Under the pieces are notes generated by a model. The model was given only the letters and a program-made list of their open reading frames with translations, was not told the origin of the DNA and made no database searches. This document shows positions 1 to 8,505 of a stretch of 28,061 nt of DNA, in pieces. Within the stretch, counting starts at the first letter, position 1. Each line of letters starts with the position of its first letter. The position numbers and the translations under genes were made by a program. Source of the DNA: Bdellovibrionota bacterium (GTDB lineage Bacteria > Bdellovibrionota_C > UBA2361 > OMII01); assembly GCA_032111275.1 (NCBI GenBank), contig JAULVA010000247.1:1-28061 (forward strand). Reading direction: 5' to 3'.

Positions 1-72
1 GGGGCTCCCGAAGAAATTCGGGGCTAAAAAACCACAATCTCGCGTCTCCGCAACCAAAATAGCCTTCACACC

Positions 73-103
73 TATGCAAAACAACGCGAACGCGTTGTTT
101 TGC
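73..103. repeat. Palindromic element, copy A (13-bp perfect stem, 2-nt centre)
   Basis: GCAAAACAACGCG-AA-CGCGTTGTTTTGC at 76-103; 73-101 matches 21342-21370 at 27/29 nt. Confidence 0.8.
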
Positions 104-150
104 CTCGCTTCCCTAGGGTGATGCCCACACGGCTCGTGAGGCAGGTGGAC

Positions 151-166
151 AAATTGTTCACAATTT
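151..166. promoter_or_regulatory. Candidate operator palindrome
   Basis: AAATTGT-TC-ACAATTT, perfect 7-bp arms in an AT-rich patch about 105 nt upstream of the 272 ATG; regulator unknown. Confidence 0.35.
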
Positions 167-271
167 AATAACACACGGTACCTCGCCCCTCGAACCTCCC
201 ATATCACTCTTGAATACAGCGAACGGTTGTCGCCTGGCACATATCCGTTCGCCACTACATGGGAGTTATCT

Positions 272-844
272 ATGCGAATTTCTGCTATTCTTCTCCTAGC
301 GACGATACTGGCTACTCAGGTTACAAGCCAACCGGCGATGGCTCAAGCACAACCTGGAGAGCCTACTTATAGCATCGAGATGAGACTGGCGGGCGCTTGC
401 GTCCGATTTTTTGCAAGATCGAGGATCAATTTTGGTAGCAGTCCTCTTGGCAACTTGCCGGTAAGTCCAATCTTCCCCGATACTGGTTTTGATGGGTCGC
501 GGAACAGAACCTGCACCGTTACCCTCCGGTATACGGACAAAAAAACCTCTAAACCGCTTGCGGGCGTTCCAGTACAAATGAACCGGATTGTATCCGTAAC
601 TTCAGCCGAGTGGAATACGAAGACACTTAGGAAGATAAAAACTGATCGGAACGGCGAGGCGCGCTTCAGTCTTGCGTGGGATTACAACACGTGCGGCGTG
701 GAATTTTTGACTCTAGCCGAAACAGCCCAAACAGGAACCCAACCAATCATTCTTTACACAACCCGAGGATTTATGCAGTTCGAGCAGTGTCAGGAGATGT
801 TCTTCGGCCACGGGGTCACTATCAAAGACTATTTATGCAAATAA
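272..844 (+). CDS. Secreted hypothetical protein (190 aa), beta-rich, Big-1/prealbumin-like motif
   Basis: ATG272 follows GGGAG (261-265); signal-peptide-like MRISAILLLATILATQVTSQPAMAQ; KTDRNGEARF resembles the TDxNGxAxF motif of Ig/prealbumin-like domains; 5 Cys. ORF-track start 227 looks too far upstream. Confidence 0.65.
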   Translation: MRISAILLLATILATQVTSQPAMAQAQPGEPTYSIEMRLAGACVRFFARSRINFGSSPLGNLPVSPIFPDTGFDGSRNRTCTVTLRYTDKKTSKPLAGVPVQMNRIVSVTSAEWNTKTLRKIKTDRNGEARFSLAWDYNTCGVEFLTLAETAQTGTQPIILYTTRGFMQFEQCQEMFFGHGVTIKDYLCK

Positions 845-855
845 ACAAAACTCGT

Positions 856-1020
856 GATACGGCCAGGAGTCGGGCCCTACCGTATGCTCCGATACCGTCT
901 AACGAAATGTTCGCGCATTGATTGGTAGGGCCCGCGTCCTCGCGGGCCGTATCGCATCGCCTATCGATGAAGCGTTGACACCTCCAGCCGTCATGCGGCC
1001 CGCCAGGAGTCGGGCCCTAC
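856..1020. repeat. Cluster of three GTAG-family REP-like palindromes (-/+/-), BIME/REPIN-like
   Basis: 856-880 (-), 925-953 (+, GTAG-GGCCCGCG-TCCT-CGCGGGCC, perfect 8-bp stem) and 995-1020 (-). Copies 1 and 3 share 20 identical nt (GCCAGGAGTCGGGCCCTACC). Lies between convergent genes. Confidence 0.8.
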
Positions 1021-1865
1021 CCCACGGATTCTGGACACAGCGCCGACAACGGCGATCCATAGGTAACTTTAACCCGTGTTCCCGCGTTTGAAGTGTCGAA
1101 TGGACGGTTCTCGAAGACGAGCACAACGGTTGAGCCCATCTTAAACGTGCCGATCTTCTCGCCGCGAGCTACGGAAATAGTCGGCGAATGATCCAGTGTT
1201 TGCTGACGATGTGTCCGCCATGGCGCGCGATTGGACTCAATCGGCGCGTACGAGAGCGCGATGCGCCCAACGTTCGTAGCGCCAACCATCACCACAGCCA
1301 CCATTCCGTTTGGGGTGTCAATGAATGAGATGACCCGCTCGTTGACGACAAAGAGTCCATCAACCGCCGATATAGCCCAATCGTTCACGGGCCACAACTT
1401 TCCGGGAACGTGCACTGAGCGAACGATCGTTCCATCAACGGGACTGAAGATATGGTGGGCGTCCTGGGGCGAGAGGTAGAAGTTCCAGACCTGCCCATTC
1501 GCGAACCTGGCGGCGAGCGGGTCATTCCCCAACAACGCGGCTATTGAGTAGTTTCGCCCCTTCACGAGTGTCGCGTCACCAACCGTTGAAACATCCTGTG
1601 CGGAGCGGAGGGTTCCATCAACGGGGCTCACCACACCCTCGCCCACAGGCCGAACCTCTGGACGAAGATCTCGTGTAAAAAAAGATCCTATTGAGGAGAA
1701 CGTCTCAAGTGGCCGGGTCGCGAGCGAGGTATCAATCTGGTATGCCCGAGCGAACCAGCGCACCAAGATCGTTGAAAACGGCTTGGGGAGCGGGAGGTTC
1801 GCCATCGTACCCACGAACCAACTGAGGTAGGACTTCGGAATATAGGAGATCCACTGCATATACAA
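1017..1865 (-). CDS. psd: Phosphatidylserine decarboxylase proenzyme
   Basis: FFTRDLRP, SPVDG, FYLSPQDAHH, NERV, MVGATNVGRI and the autocleavage motif FKMG/STVVL. Confidence 0.95.
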   Translation of the reverse strand: MYMQWISYIPKSYLSWFVGTMANLPLPKPFSTILVRWFARAYQIDTSLATRPLETFSSIGSFFTRDLRPEVRPVGEGVVSPVDGTLRSAQDVSTVGDATLVKGRNYSIAALLGNDPLAARFANGQVWNFYLSPQDAHHIFSPVDGTIVRSVHVPGKLWPVNDWAISAVDGLFVVNERVISFIDTPNGMVAVVMVGATNVGRIALSYAPIESNRAPWRTHRQQTLDHSPTISVARGEKIGTFKMGSTVVLVFENRPFDTSNAGTRVKVTYGSPLSALCPESVG

Positions 1866-1898
1866 ACCTATGGCAACCGCAACGTCGTTGGAGGGTTG

Positions 1899-2918
1899 TT
1901 ACGCCGATTGAACCTTCGCGGCCGATTGTCCCCGAAGGGAGCGAATCAAGTTCTCCACCGCCGCGGAGCCCTGTCGCACGACGCTCTCATAGGTTCGGCT
2001 TCCCACGTGCGGCGTGAGGTGAACGTTGTGCAATCCTAAAAGAGGATTATCGAGCTGCACCGGCTCTGGATCAAGCACATCCGCGCCGTATCCAGCGACC
2101 TGACCACTCTTCACAGCGTCGGCCATCGCGCGCTGATCGATCAGCGCGCCACGACTGACGTTAACGATGTACACACCACGTCGGCACATCGCCAGTCTGC
2201 GACGATTGAGGAAGTATTGGTTATCTTTGGTTAAGCTCATGTGCACCGAGAGGAAATCGCAGTGCGGAAAGATGTCCTCATCTCGTGGCGCTCGCTGAAT
2301 AGTTGGGGGATATTCCGCGAAGATAGGGTCAGCGAATACCTTTGAGACATGCTCAAGAAACTGAGAGTGCTGAGCTGACCACGATGTGTTGAACACGCGA
2401 ACGTTCATACCGAAGGCCATCGCTCGCTTAGCGACCTCCTTCCCCACTCGACCGAATCCAAGGATACCTAACGTCTTACCCGCAAGCTCGCGACCGGTTT
2501 GACGGCGCCACTCTCCCCTGTGTACGAGAGCATTCTGCTCAGGGATGTAGCGGGTGAGACTGAGAAGGAGTCCGAAGGTGAGTTCAGTAACGGTCGTATG
2601 ATTAACGCCAGGAGTGTTAGTTACCTTGATGCCCAGCTTCTCGGCTTCAGCGAGGTCTATCTTATCGAGCCCTACACCGTACTTACTGATCACCTTCGCC
2701 CGTGGCGCGGCGGCCTTAAGCACCTTCCCGTTGAAGTCATCCTCACCACAGAGGAAGGCATCGAACTTATTGCCGTCACCGATGTACGAAAGGAGCTGAT
2801 CCTCATTAAGAGGTCCACGAGCTTTGATGACCTCCCAACCGGTGTCTTGTAGTTTACGGACGTGATCGCCAGGGGTATCGATGAAGCTTGAGGTCGAGAC
2901 CAGAACTGAATAGGTCAT
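1899..2918 (-). CDS. D-2-hydroxyacid dehydrogenase, SerA (phosphoglycerate dehydrogenase)-like, no ACT domain
   Basis: KYGVGLDKID, NTPGVN, Rossmann GILGFGRVG, NVSRG, DVLDPEP, TPHVGS; 339 aa; 33 nt upstream of psd and co-oriented. Substrate cannot be fixed from sequence. Confidence 0.85.
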   Translation of the reverse strand: MTYSVLVSTSSFIDTPGDHVRKLQDTGWEVIKARGPLNEDQLLSYIGDGNKFDAFLCGEDDFNGKVLKAAAPRAKVISKYGVGLDKIDLAEAEKLGIKVTNTPGVNHTTVTELTFGLLLSLTRYIPEQNALVHRGEWRRQTGRELAGKTLGILGFGRVGKEVAKRAMAFGMNVRVFNTSWSAQHSQFLEHVSKVFADPIFAEYPPTIQRAPRDEDIFPHCDFLSVHMSLTKDNQYFLNRRRLAMCRRGVYIVNVSRGALIDQRAMADAVKSGQVAGYGADVLDPEPVQLDNPLLGLHNVHLTPHVGSRTYESVVRQGSAAVENLIRSLRGQSAAKVQSA

Positions 2919-3119
2919 GAACGCTACCTTACGTTGGCGGCCCCATCAGTGGACCACTGCAGGTGGAGGGTATGGCCATTCGATAGCCCCCCCGACCATC
3001 CTAGAGACGCTAGCAGAGCCCCCTGCGGGGATCAAGTGAAAGGGATTCACCTGAAAGTGTGCCTTTACGGTCCGACGCATTCGAACTACGATCGAATAGC
3101 TCAGCCCGGAGAATCATTC

Positions 3120-4220
3120 ATGAAATTTTCAGCGACTACAGTTGTTCTTGTTCTTACCACGGTGTGCGACCTCTCCGCGTCCGCCCAGACGCAACCGACC
3201 CCACCCGCTCGGCCGAGTCCGCAGAAAAACACTAATCTTTCAAACGCCGTCGGCCTCAATGAGCTCAAAATCGAGATGGCGGAATCTCGGTTAAAACTCG
3301 GGAAGAGCCCGAAGGTTGTTAGCGATCTCGCAAGCGCCCTGGAAGAGTACCTAACAACAACCTGCATGGAGAAGCTTCCGCGAACCCTTTCCTACGCTGG
3401 TAATCCTACAGACCCGGTCTGCCTTGAGCGCCTACGGCGACTACTTGAGATCAATCCAGGCAATCCCGTCGCAATCTGTGTACGAGATGGCATAACGGCG
3501 CCAACCTGCGTGGAAGCCTCCAAGAATCAGACGGTATCTGTTGTGTACGAGAACTCGACTGCGGAGGAGGTGGATCCCGTTCTCAAGGCGGGGATATCCG
3601 CAGCGACACATGAACGAATTGGCAAAGTGGAGGAGTCGCTCAAAGCGATAAACGTCAAATACCAGGAGGCCGAGACACCCGAGGAGAAGCGAACGCTCGT
3701 CAACGATGCCACAACCCTGTACGATCAGATTCTGCACATGGCGTGTAAGGTCTCAGCAGTCGCCCTCATCACGGGAAACAACGGCGACACATTCGACGAG
3801 CCCCAGGAATTAGCGCAAACGAGAGCTCGCCTCCTTCAGATTCCCCCAGCCATCCGGGGCGACTACCAACGCGAAATGGTAGCCAAGATAGAAAAGGAAC
3901 TCAGCGATCCGAAAGCCTCCCCGGAGAGACAATCGCGCCTTAAAGAGCTGCTTGAGGTTATCAAGGATCCGACCAGCCTCTCCTCGGCTCAGATAGCCAC
4001 ACTCAAACGGGTGCGATTTATCCTCAACACGTGCTCTGAAAAGCTAGAGATAGCGCGCCAGATCGCTCCGGATCTTCCAAGTGTGACCTGCTATCGTGAA
4101 GGTTGGTACACCCCACAATGTGTGTACGCGATGAAGAAGTGGCGAATGCAAAAACAGCAGGAAGGAGCCACTATGACGGGAACCCCACCCCCGAAATCGT
4201 CAATGATTTCGACTTTTTAG
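3120..4220 (+). CDS. Secreted helical Cys-rich hypothetical protein (366 aa) with duplicated 33-aa three-Cys motif
   Basis: ATG3120 with GGAG at 3108-3111; signal-peptide-like MKFSATTVVLVLTTVCDLSASAQ; repeats at 3420-3518 and 4032-4130. ORF-track start 2934 is unlikely. Confidence 0.75.
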   Translation: MKFSATTVVLVLTTVCDLSASAQTQPTPPARPSPQKNTNLSNAVGLNELKIEMAESRLKLGKSPKVVSDLASALEEYLTTTCMEKLPRTLSYAGNPTDPVCLERLRRLLEINPGNPVAICVRDGITAPTCVEASKNQTVSVVYENSTAEEVDPVLKAGISAATHERIGKVEESLKAINVKYQEAETPEEKRTLVNDATTLYDQILHMACKVSAVALITGNNGDTFDEPQELAQTRARLLQIPPAIRGDYQREMVAKIEKELSDPKASPERQSRLKELLEVIKDPTSLSSAQIATLKRVRFILNTCSEKLEIARQIAPDLPSVTCYREGWYTPQCVYAMKKWRMQKQQEGATMTGTPPPKSSMISTF

Positions 4221-4379
4221 GCCGTCAGTCCGGGAATCCGATCGGCGCGCCTCTCCTGCCAGCCGCGAGCCTCATCCCCCACATGGGAGATTCCGCTTTC
4301 GACACATTCCCACACCGGGCAACTTTTTGCGGGAATACCCGATACCCCTTCTCGAACGAAAGACTATCGAGGAGGCACT

Positions 4380-4757
4380 ATGCGACGAGGAACACGATAC
4401 CAAAACGGGGGATTTACCCTAATAGAGCTCCTCGTCGTCATGGGCATCGTGAGCGCGCTCATCGCGGTCGCCCTGCCTCGATACAGCGATTATCGGGCCC
4501 ACAGCTTTGACTCGCGCGCCGAGATCGACCTCCGTTCGGTAGCCATGGCGGAGGAGGCCTATTTCCTTGAGAAGGAGGAATACTTGAGCTGCGCCAACGA
4601 CACTTGCGCGCAGTTGCCAGGGATTCAAAGGCTCTCACCCGGGGTAACACTGAACGTGACGGCTTCCAAAAACGGCTTTACTGGCACCTCATCCCACCCC
4701 AAAGGATCAGGGAAAACATTTACGTGGGATTCGATCCAAGGCGGCTTAGTGAACTAA
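4380..4757 (+). CDS. Type IVa pilin-like protein (11-aa leader, 114-aa mature)
   Basis: Basic leader, G/FTLIELLVV prepilin cleavage site with Glu5, Pro22, CANDTC pair; GGAGG SD directly upstream. Confidence 0.92.
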   Translation: MRRGTRYQNGGFTLIELLVVMGIVSALIAVALPRYSDYRAHSFDSRAEIDLRSVAMAEEAYFLEKEEYLSCANDTCAQLPGIQRLSPGVTLNVTASKNGFTGTSSHPKGSGKTFTWDSIQGGLVN

Positions 4758-4774
4758 CGCCGCTCCAAAATAGA

Positions 4775-5791
4775 TTACGCGACCTTTTTGCTCTCGCCGA
4801 AGGTTTTCCTCATCGCCTCAGCGATGGAACACGAGGGAGCGTATCCAAGGTCCTGTCTGGCGCGAGAGATGTTGAAGTAATGGTGGGTGGACATCTCCGA
4901 AACTAAGAATCGGGTCAGAAGCGGTTTAATGTGAAGCCCCACCAACGAAAGAGCCTTTGCGACAACCTCCATCACCGCGCCGATCACGCTCGCGAGACCC
5001 TTCGATATCGCCTTTTGTACGGGCGGAAGGTGATGAGCGGCCAAGACCTCGTCGATCCAGCCCCACATCTTAACGGGATCCCCCTGACTGATGAAGTACG
5101 CATTCCCACCAACGACCTCTGGTGAGTTCTCCAGAGCTTTCATCGCCAAGATATGCGCGTTAACACAGTCATCGATGAAGGTCAGATCAACAAGATTTTC
5201 GCCAGCTCCGATACGAGTCAGCCGTCCCACCCTTGCCCGCTCAACGATGGTGGGGATGAGATTAGTATCATTCGACCCCCAAATGAGATGCGGTCGGAGC
5301 GCTACTGTCCGCAGCGTGCCATTTCGATCAGATGAAAGAACCTCTTGTTCCGCTTGTGCCTTCGTCTGAGGATAAAAAGCGTGGTAGTGCTCCGGATACG
5401 GAATCGACTCATCCACGTTGACAAGATCTGAACCTGTGTGAATAACGCTCGGAGAGCTTGTGAATACCAGGTTCTTGACGCCAGCTCGCTGGCAGGCGGA
5501 GAGGATATTTCGCGTCCCGAGCACATTTGTCTCATAGAACCCCTGATAATCGCCCCACATGTCGACCTTTGCGGCCGTATGAAAAACCCCGTCGATTCCC
5601 GCAAACAATTCGACCCAACTATCGAGGTTGGAACCGATATCAACCTGTCTGGTATGAACTCCAGCCGCCTCAAGGTCCGGATACTTCCCGCGTGACAAAC
5701 TGAGAACGGAATGACCTTGCCGCCTCAGCTCCTTACAGAGAGCCTTACCAACAAATCCACCACCGCCTGTGACGAGGTATCGCTTTGACAT
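4775..5791 (-). CDS. oleD: 2-alkyl-3-oxoalkanoate reductase (extended SDR, 3-beta-HSD-like)
   Basis: TGGGGFVG, HTAAKVDMWG, FTSSPSV, YPQTK (YxxxK), RPHLIWG; last gene of the oleA-oleBC block. Confidence 0.88.
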   Translation of the reverse strand: MSKRYLVTGGGGFVGKALCKELRRQGHSVLSLSRGKYPDLEAAGVHTRQVDIGSNLDSWVELFAGIDGVFHTAAKVDMWGDYQGFYETNVLGTRNILSACQRAGVKNLVFTSSPSVIHTGSDLVNVDESIPYPEHYHAFYPQTKAQAEQEVLSSDRNGTLRTVALRPHLIWGSNDTNLIPTIVERARVGRLTRIGAGENLVDLTFIDDCVNAHILAMKALENSPEVVGGNAYFISQGDPVKMWGWIDEVLAAHHLPPVQKAISKGLASVIGAVMEVVAKALSLVGLHIKPLLTRFLVSEMSTHHYFNISRARQDLGYAPSCSIAEAMRKTFGESKKVA

Positions 5792-5797
5792 ATACAG

Positions 5798-8410
5798 TTA
5801 CGCCGCTCGTTGCGCCTGAAGAACCTTATCCGCCCAATCTCCCAAACGATCCCGGAATATCTTTGCGTTATGCCGCGGATCCACGGGGAACGATTTGTGA
5901 AAGAAGAAATGCGTAATGCCCTGTGTGAGTGGTGAAGCGGCAGCGCACGCTCGGAGCTCTTGAAGGAAGGTCTCCCTTTCCTTCTCATCCTCAGGCCAAA
6001 ATTGCGGGAACGGCTCAACGACGATAGCGGGCTCGCGATAGCCCTTAATACCGACGAGCGCGGAGCGACGCACCTTTGGCATAGCGTTGAAGAGCTCCTC
6101 CAAGGGAACGCTGTGATACGTTCCATGATCGGTATAAATGGAGTGGGCCTTACGACCGCAGTAGTAGAGGTATCCCTCACCGTCGAGGTACCCTACATCA
6201 CCCATGCGGTGCCAGAAGTTCTCGCCGTCAAGGATCTTTCCCGCCTTGTTGGCGTCAGGGCGGTGAAGATACTCCGGACTAACACCCTGGCCTTGAACGA
6301 TAACTTCGCCAATGTCACCCGCGGTAAGTAACTCGCACTCCTCAATAGAACGGATAGGATCGTTCGTAGGTCGGATAACTCGGACAGAAACTCCGCGAAC
6401 CGGTCGACCAACCGGAGTGCCCTTCTCTCCTGAGACAGCAGCGACCCACGGATGGGTTGAAAGCTCTGTAGCCGTGATATAGGTGACGGGAAGAGCCTCC
6501 GTCGCTCCGTACGGAGTCGACGCTTCACCGTTCGGGATAGAGCGTTTTACGAGCGCAAGGGTTGAGGCTGGCACGGAAGCGCCCGCCATAAACACCCGCT
6601 TAATCGAAGGCAACGTCGTCCCCACACGCAGCGTGTATTCGGCTATCTTGTGCCACAACGTGGGAGATCCGAACGAGGACTCGATACCGAGATCGCTCAC
6701 AAGCTTCACTACCTGAGCTGGGTCAAGCGCGAGCGGTTTACCCGCCGGCATAGTCGGGAACACGCTTGCGACTCCGAGACCGATATTGAAGAGCGAGAAG
6801 ACCGGCAGTAACGTAAGATCTCGCACGCCCCCCTCCTGACCGAGGACGTCGCGAATCACCCGAAGCTGCTCAGCGAGCATGGCGTTCGTGTAGATGACAC
6901 CCTTCGGGGTTCCGGTAGCGCCTGACGTGAAAGCGATAAGCGCGCAATCCTCGGCTTTAAGACGATCATCCTTTCGTAGGATCGGGAGGGGAACCGGACT
7001 CACTGGGGCGTTAGCGAAACGCTTGAAGTAGCCCAAGGAGTGTCCCCGCGTAAACGCCCACTCAGAGGCCGTAACGTGGAACTTGATGCGGTGGAAGAGC
7101 GACCGCTTTAAGAGCCGCAAGAGGTGCGCTCGAGGCGATCCGATAAAGGCGTCAGGGTTCGCGTCCTGGATACACCGGGAGAGTCGCTCAAGCCCCATTC
7201 CCGGATCGAGGAACACCGGCGTTGCCCCTCGTCCCATGACCGCTACGCTGAGAGCGAGAAAATCCGTTCCAGGCGAGACGAGCATAAGCACCCGATCACC
7301 AGGAACGAGACCGAGATCTCCAAGTCCTCGTTGGTACTGATTGATGAGCTTCGCGAGATCACCGTACGTCGTATGCGCATAGTGAAGCGCGCTCCCATTG
7401 ATCGGATCTCGCACCCATCGGGGAGTAATCACCGCCGAAAGATTAGGCGCGGCCTCCGCGATTCGCATCACCTGATCGTAGATCACATGAACGCTCCCCT
7501 GCTCCCTTCCTTCGACGTTCGCTACAGGCTCAGTCTTGGCGGCCTCTCCCGATGGACGAGAGAGGAATTCCTTGATCGCGGGGATGGCGACCTTTGGAGC
7601 GTCATCCAGCACAAGGTGTGAGGCATCCGGAATTTCAAGCAACTCCGCCTTGGGGAAATGAGCCGCGACCTTGCTTAACATCTCGCGGTGGAAACAGGGG
7701 TCCTGAAGTCCCCACACGATCTTGACCGGCTTTTCCGCGACCTTTGGAAGGCCAGCGGCGATGTCGACCATCTGCTGGTAGGTCGGATGCGAGGCGTCAA
7801 ACGGAATGTCCTCAACGAAATCCCAGATCGCGTCTCGACGCTGTCGAGTCGTGTATGGGGCGCGGTAGCCGTCTTTGACCTCGGGGGTAAGCTTGGTGTG
7901 CGCGCCCATGCCCGTGGCCGTCGTCAACCGAACGAAGGTGTCCGTATGGCGGGTGAATAATTTACCGACAACCGGTGTCGCGGCGAGCTTAATGAAACCG
8001 GGAAGCGCTTCGGTCTCGGTCAGCGTTGTATTGAGGTAGACGATTCTATCGACCTTATCTAGCCGCCTGAGCATAAACCCAGTGCCGAGAGGTCCACCCC
8101 AATCATGCATCACGACTGAGAACCGATCGATGCCAAGGGTGTCAACGAACTCCTCAAGTTGATTGATGCGGTCTATCGCCTTGAATTTCTTCCCCGGCGT
8201 TCGGTCTGACAATCCGCACCCAAGAAAATCGGGAGCGATAACTCGGAAGGAGTCGCGAAGCTCGCGAATGAGGTTACGATAGAAGTAACACCACGTAGGG
8301 TTGCCGTGGAAACAGAGAACGACCGGGCCGCCGCCCTCATCAACGTAGTGCATCTTGTGCCCAGCTACGGTCACAAAACGCGATTGAAATGGCAGCACCT
8401 GAACTGACAC
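5798..8410 (-). CDS. oleBC: Fused OleB (beta-lactone decarboxylase, haloalkane-dehalogenase fold) and OleC (beta-lactone synthetase, AMP-forming)
   Basis: N-terminal ~285 aa: HGNPTW, HDWGG nucleophile elbow, WGLQDPCF, ASHLVLDDAP. C-terminal: FTSGATGTPKG, PYGATE, HRMGDVG, PVDPRHNAKI. GTG start with GAGGAG SD. Confidence 0.9.
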   Translation of the reverse strand: MSVQVLPFQSRFVTVAGHKMHYVDEGGGPVVLCFHGNPTWCYFYRNLIRELRDSFRVIAPDFLGCGLSDRTPGKKFKAIDRINQLEEFVDTLGIDRFSVVMHDWGGPLGTGFMLRRLDKVDRIVYLNTTLTETEALPGFIKLAATPVVGKLFTRHTDTFVRLTTATGMGAHTKLTPEVKDGYRAPYTTRQRRDAIWDFVEDIPFDASHPTYQQMVDIAAGLPKVAEKPVKIVWGLQDPCFHREMLSKVAAHFPKAELLEIPDASHLVLDDAPKVAIPAIKEFLSRPSGEAAKTEPVANVEGREQGSVHVIYDQVMRIAEAAPNLSAVITPRWVRDPINGSALHYAHTTYGDLAKLINQYQRGLGDLGLVPGDRVLMLVSPGTDFLALSVAVMGRGATPVFLDPGMGLERLSRCIQDANPDAFIGSPRAHLLRLLKRSLFHRIKFHVTASEWAFTRGHSLGYFKRFANAPVSPVPLPILRKDDRLKAEDCALIAFTSGATGTPKGVIYTNAMLAEQLRVIRDVLGQEGGVRDLTLLPVFSLFNIGLGVASVFPTMPAGKPLALDPAQVVKLVSDLGIESSFGSPTLWHKIAEYTLRVGTTLPSIKRVFMAGASVPASTLALVKRSIPNGEASTPYGATEALPVTYITATELSTHPWVAAVSGEKGTPVGRPVRGVSVRVIRPTNDPIRSIEECELLTAGDIGEVIVQGQGVSPEYLHRPDANKAGKILDGENFWHRMGDVGYLDGEGYLYYCGRKAHSIYTDHGTYHSVPLEELFNAMPKVRRSALVGIKGYREPAIVVEPFPQFWPEDEKERETFLQELRACAAASPLTQGITHFFFHKSFPVDPRHNAKIFRDRLGDWADKVLQAQRAA

Positions 8411-8414
8411 CAGC

Positions 8415-8443
8415 TACTCCTCGTAAGAACGTACTCCTCGTAC
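8415..8443 (-). promoter_or_regulatory. Tandem GAGGA-loop mini-hairpins, CsrA/RsmA-site-like; second overlaps the oleBC SD
   Basis: mRNA reads GUAC-GAGGA-GUAC (8443-8431) then UAC-GAGGA-GUA (8425-8415); an 11-nt exact repeat with 17-nt period. Confidence 0.5.
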
Positions 8444-8505
8444 AAACACTTGGTACAAGCGATTATACGCCAGCCTGCGCGGCTCGATGTACCGCGCGGC
8501 TCGAT

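Noticed and set aside
1-31. GGGGCT start with a GAAA-tetraloop hairpin (6-23), suggesting tRNA-Ala, tmRNA or a c-di-GMP-I riboswitch
   Set aside because: No D/T arms or GGATTCGA-type motifs and no GGCAAA/ACGCAAA partner; the A-tract is on the wrong side for a terminator; cut by the window edge.
856-1020. Repeat-spacer-repeat pattern as a CRISPR array
   Set aside because: Copies alternate orientation, differ in length and number only three; no cas genes. Fits REP/BIME.
4317-4330. Sigma54 promoter for the pilin (CGGGCAACTTTTTGC)
   Set aside because: GG-N10-GC holds only with a non-consensus -24 context; the better GGCA register is 1 nt short.
7560-8410. Stand-alone haloalkane dehalogenase call for the N-terminal hydrolase domain
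   Set aside because: Fusion to OleC between oleA and oleD identifies it as OleB.
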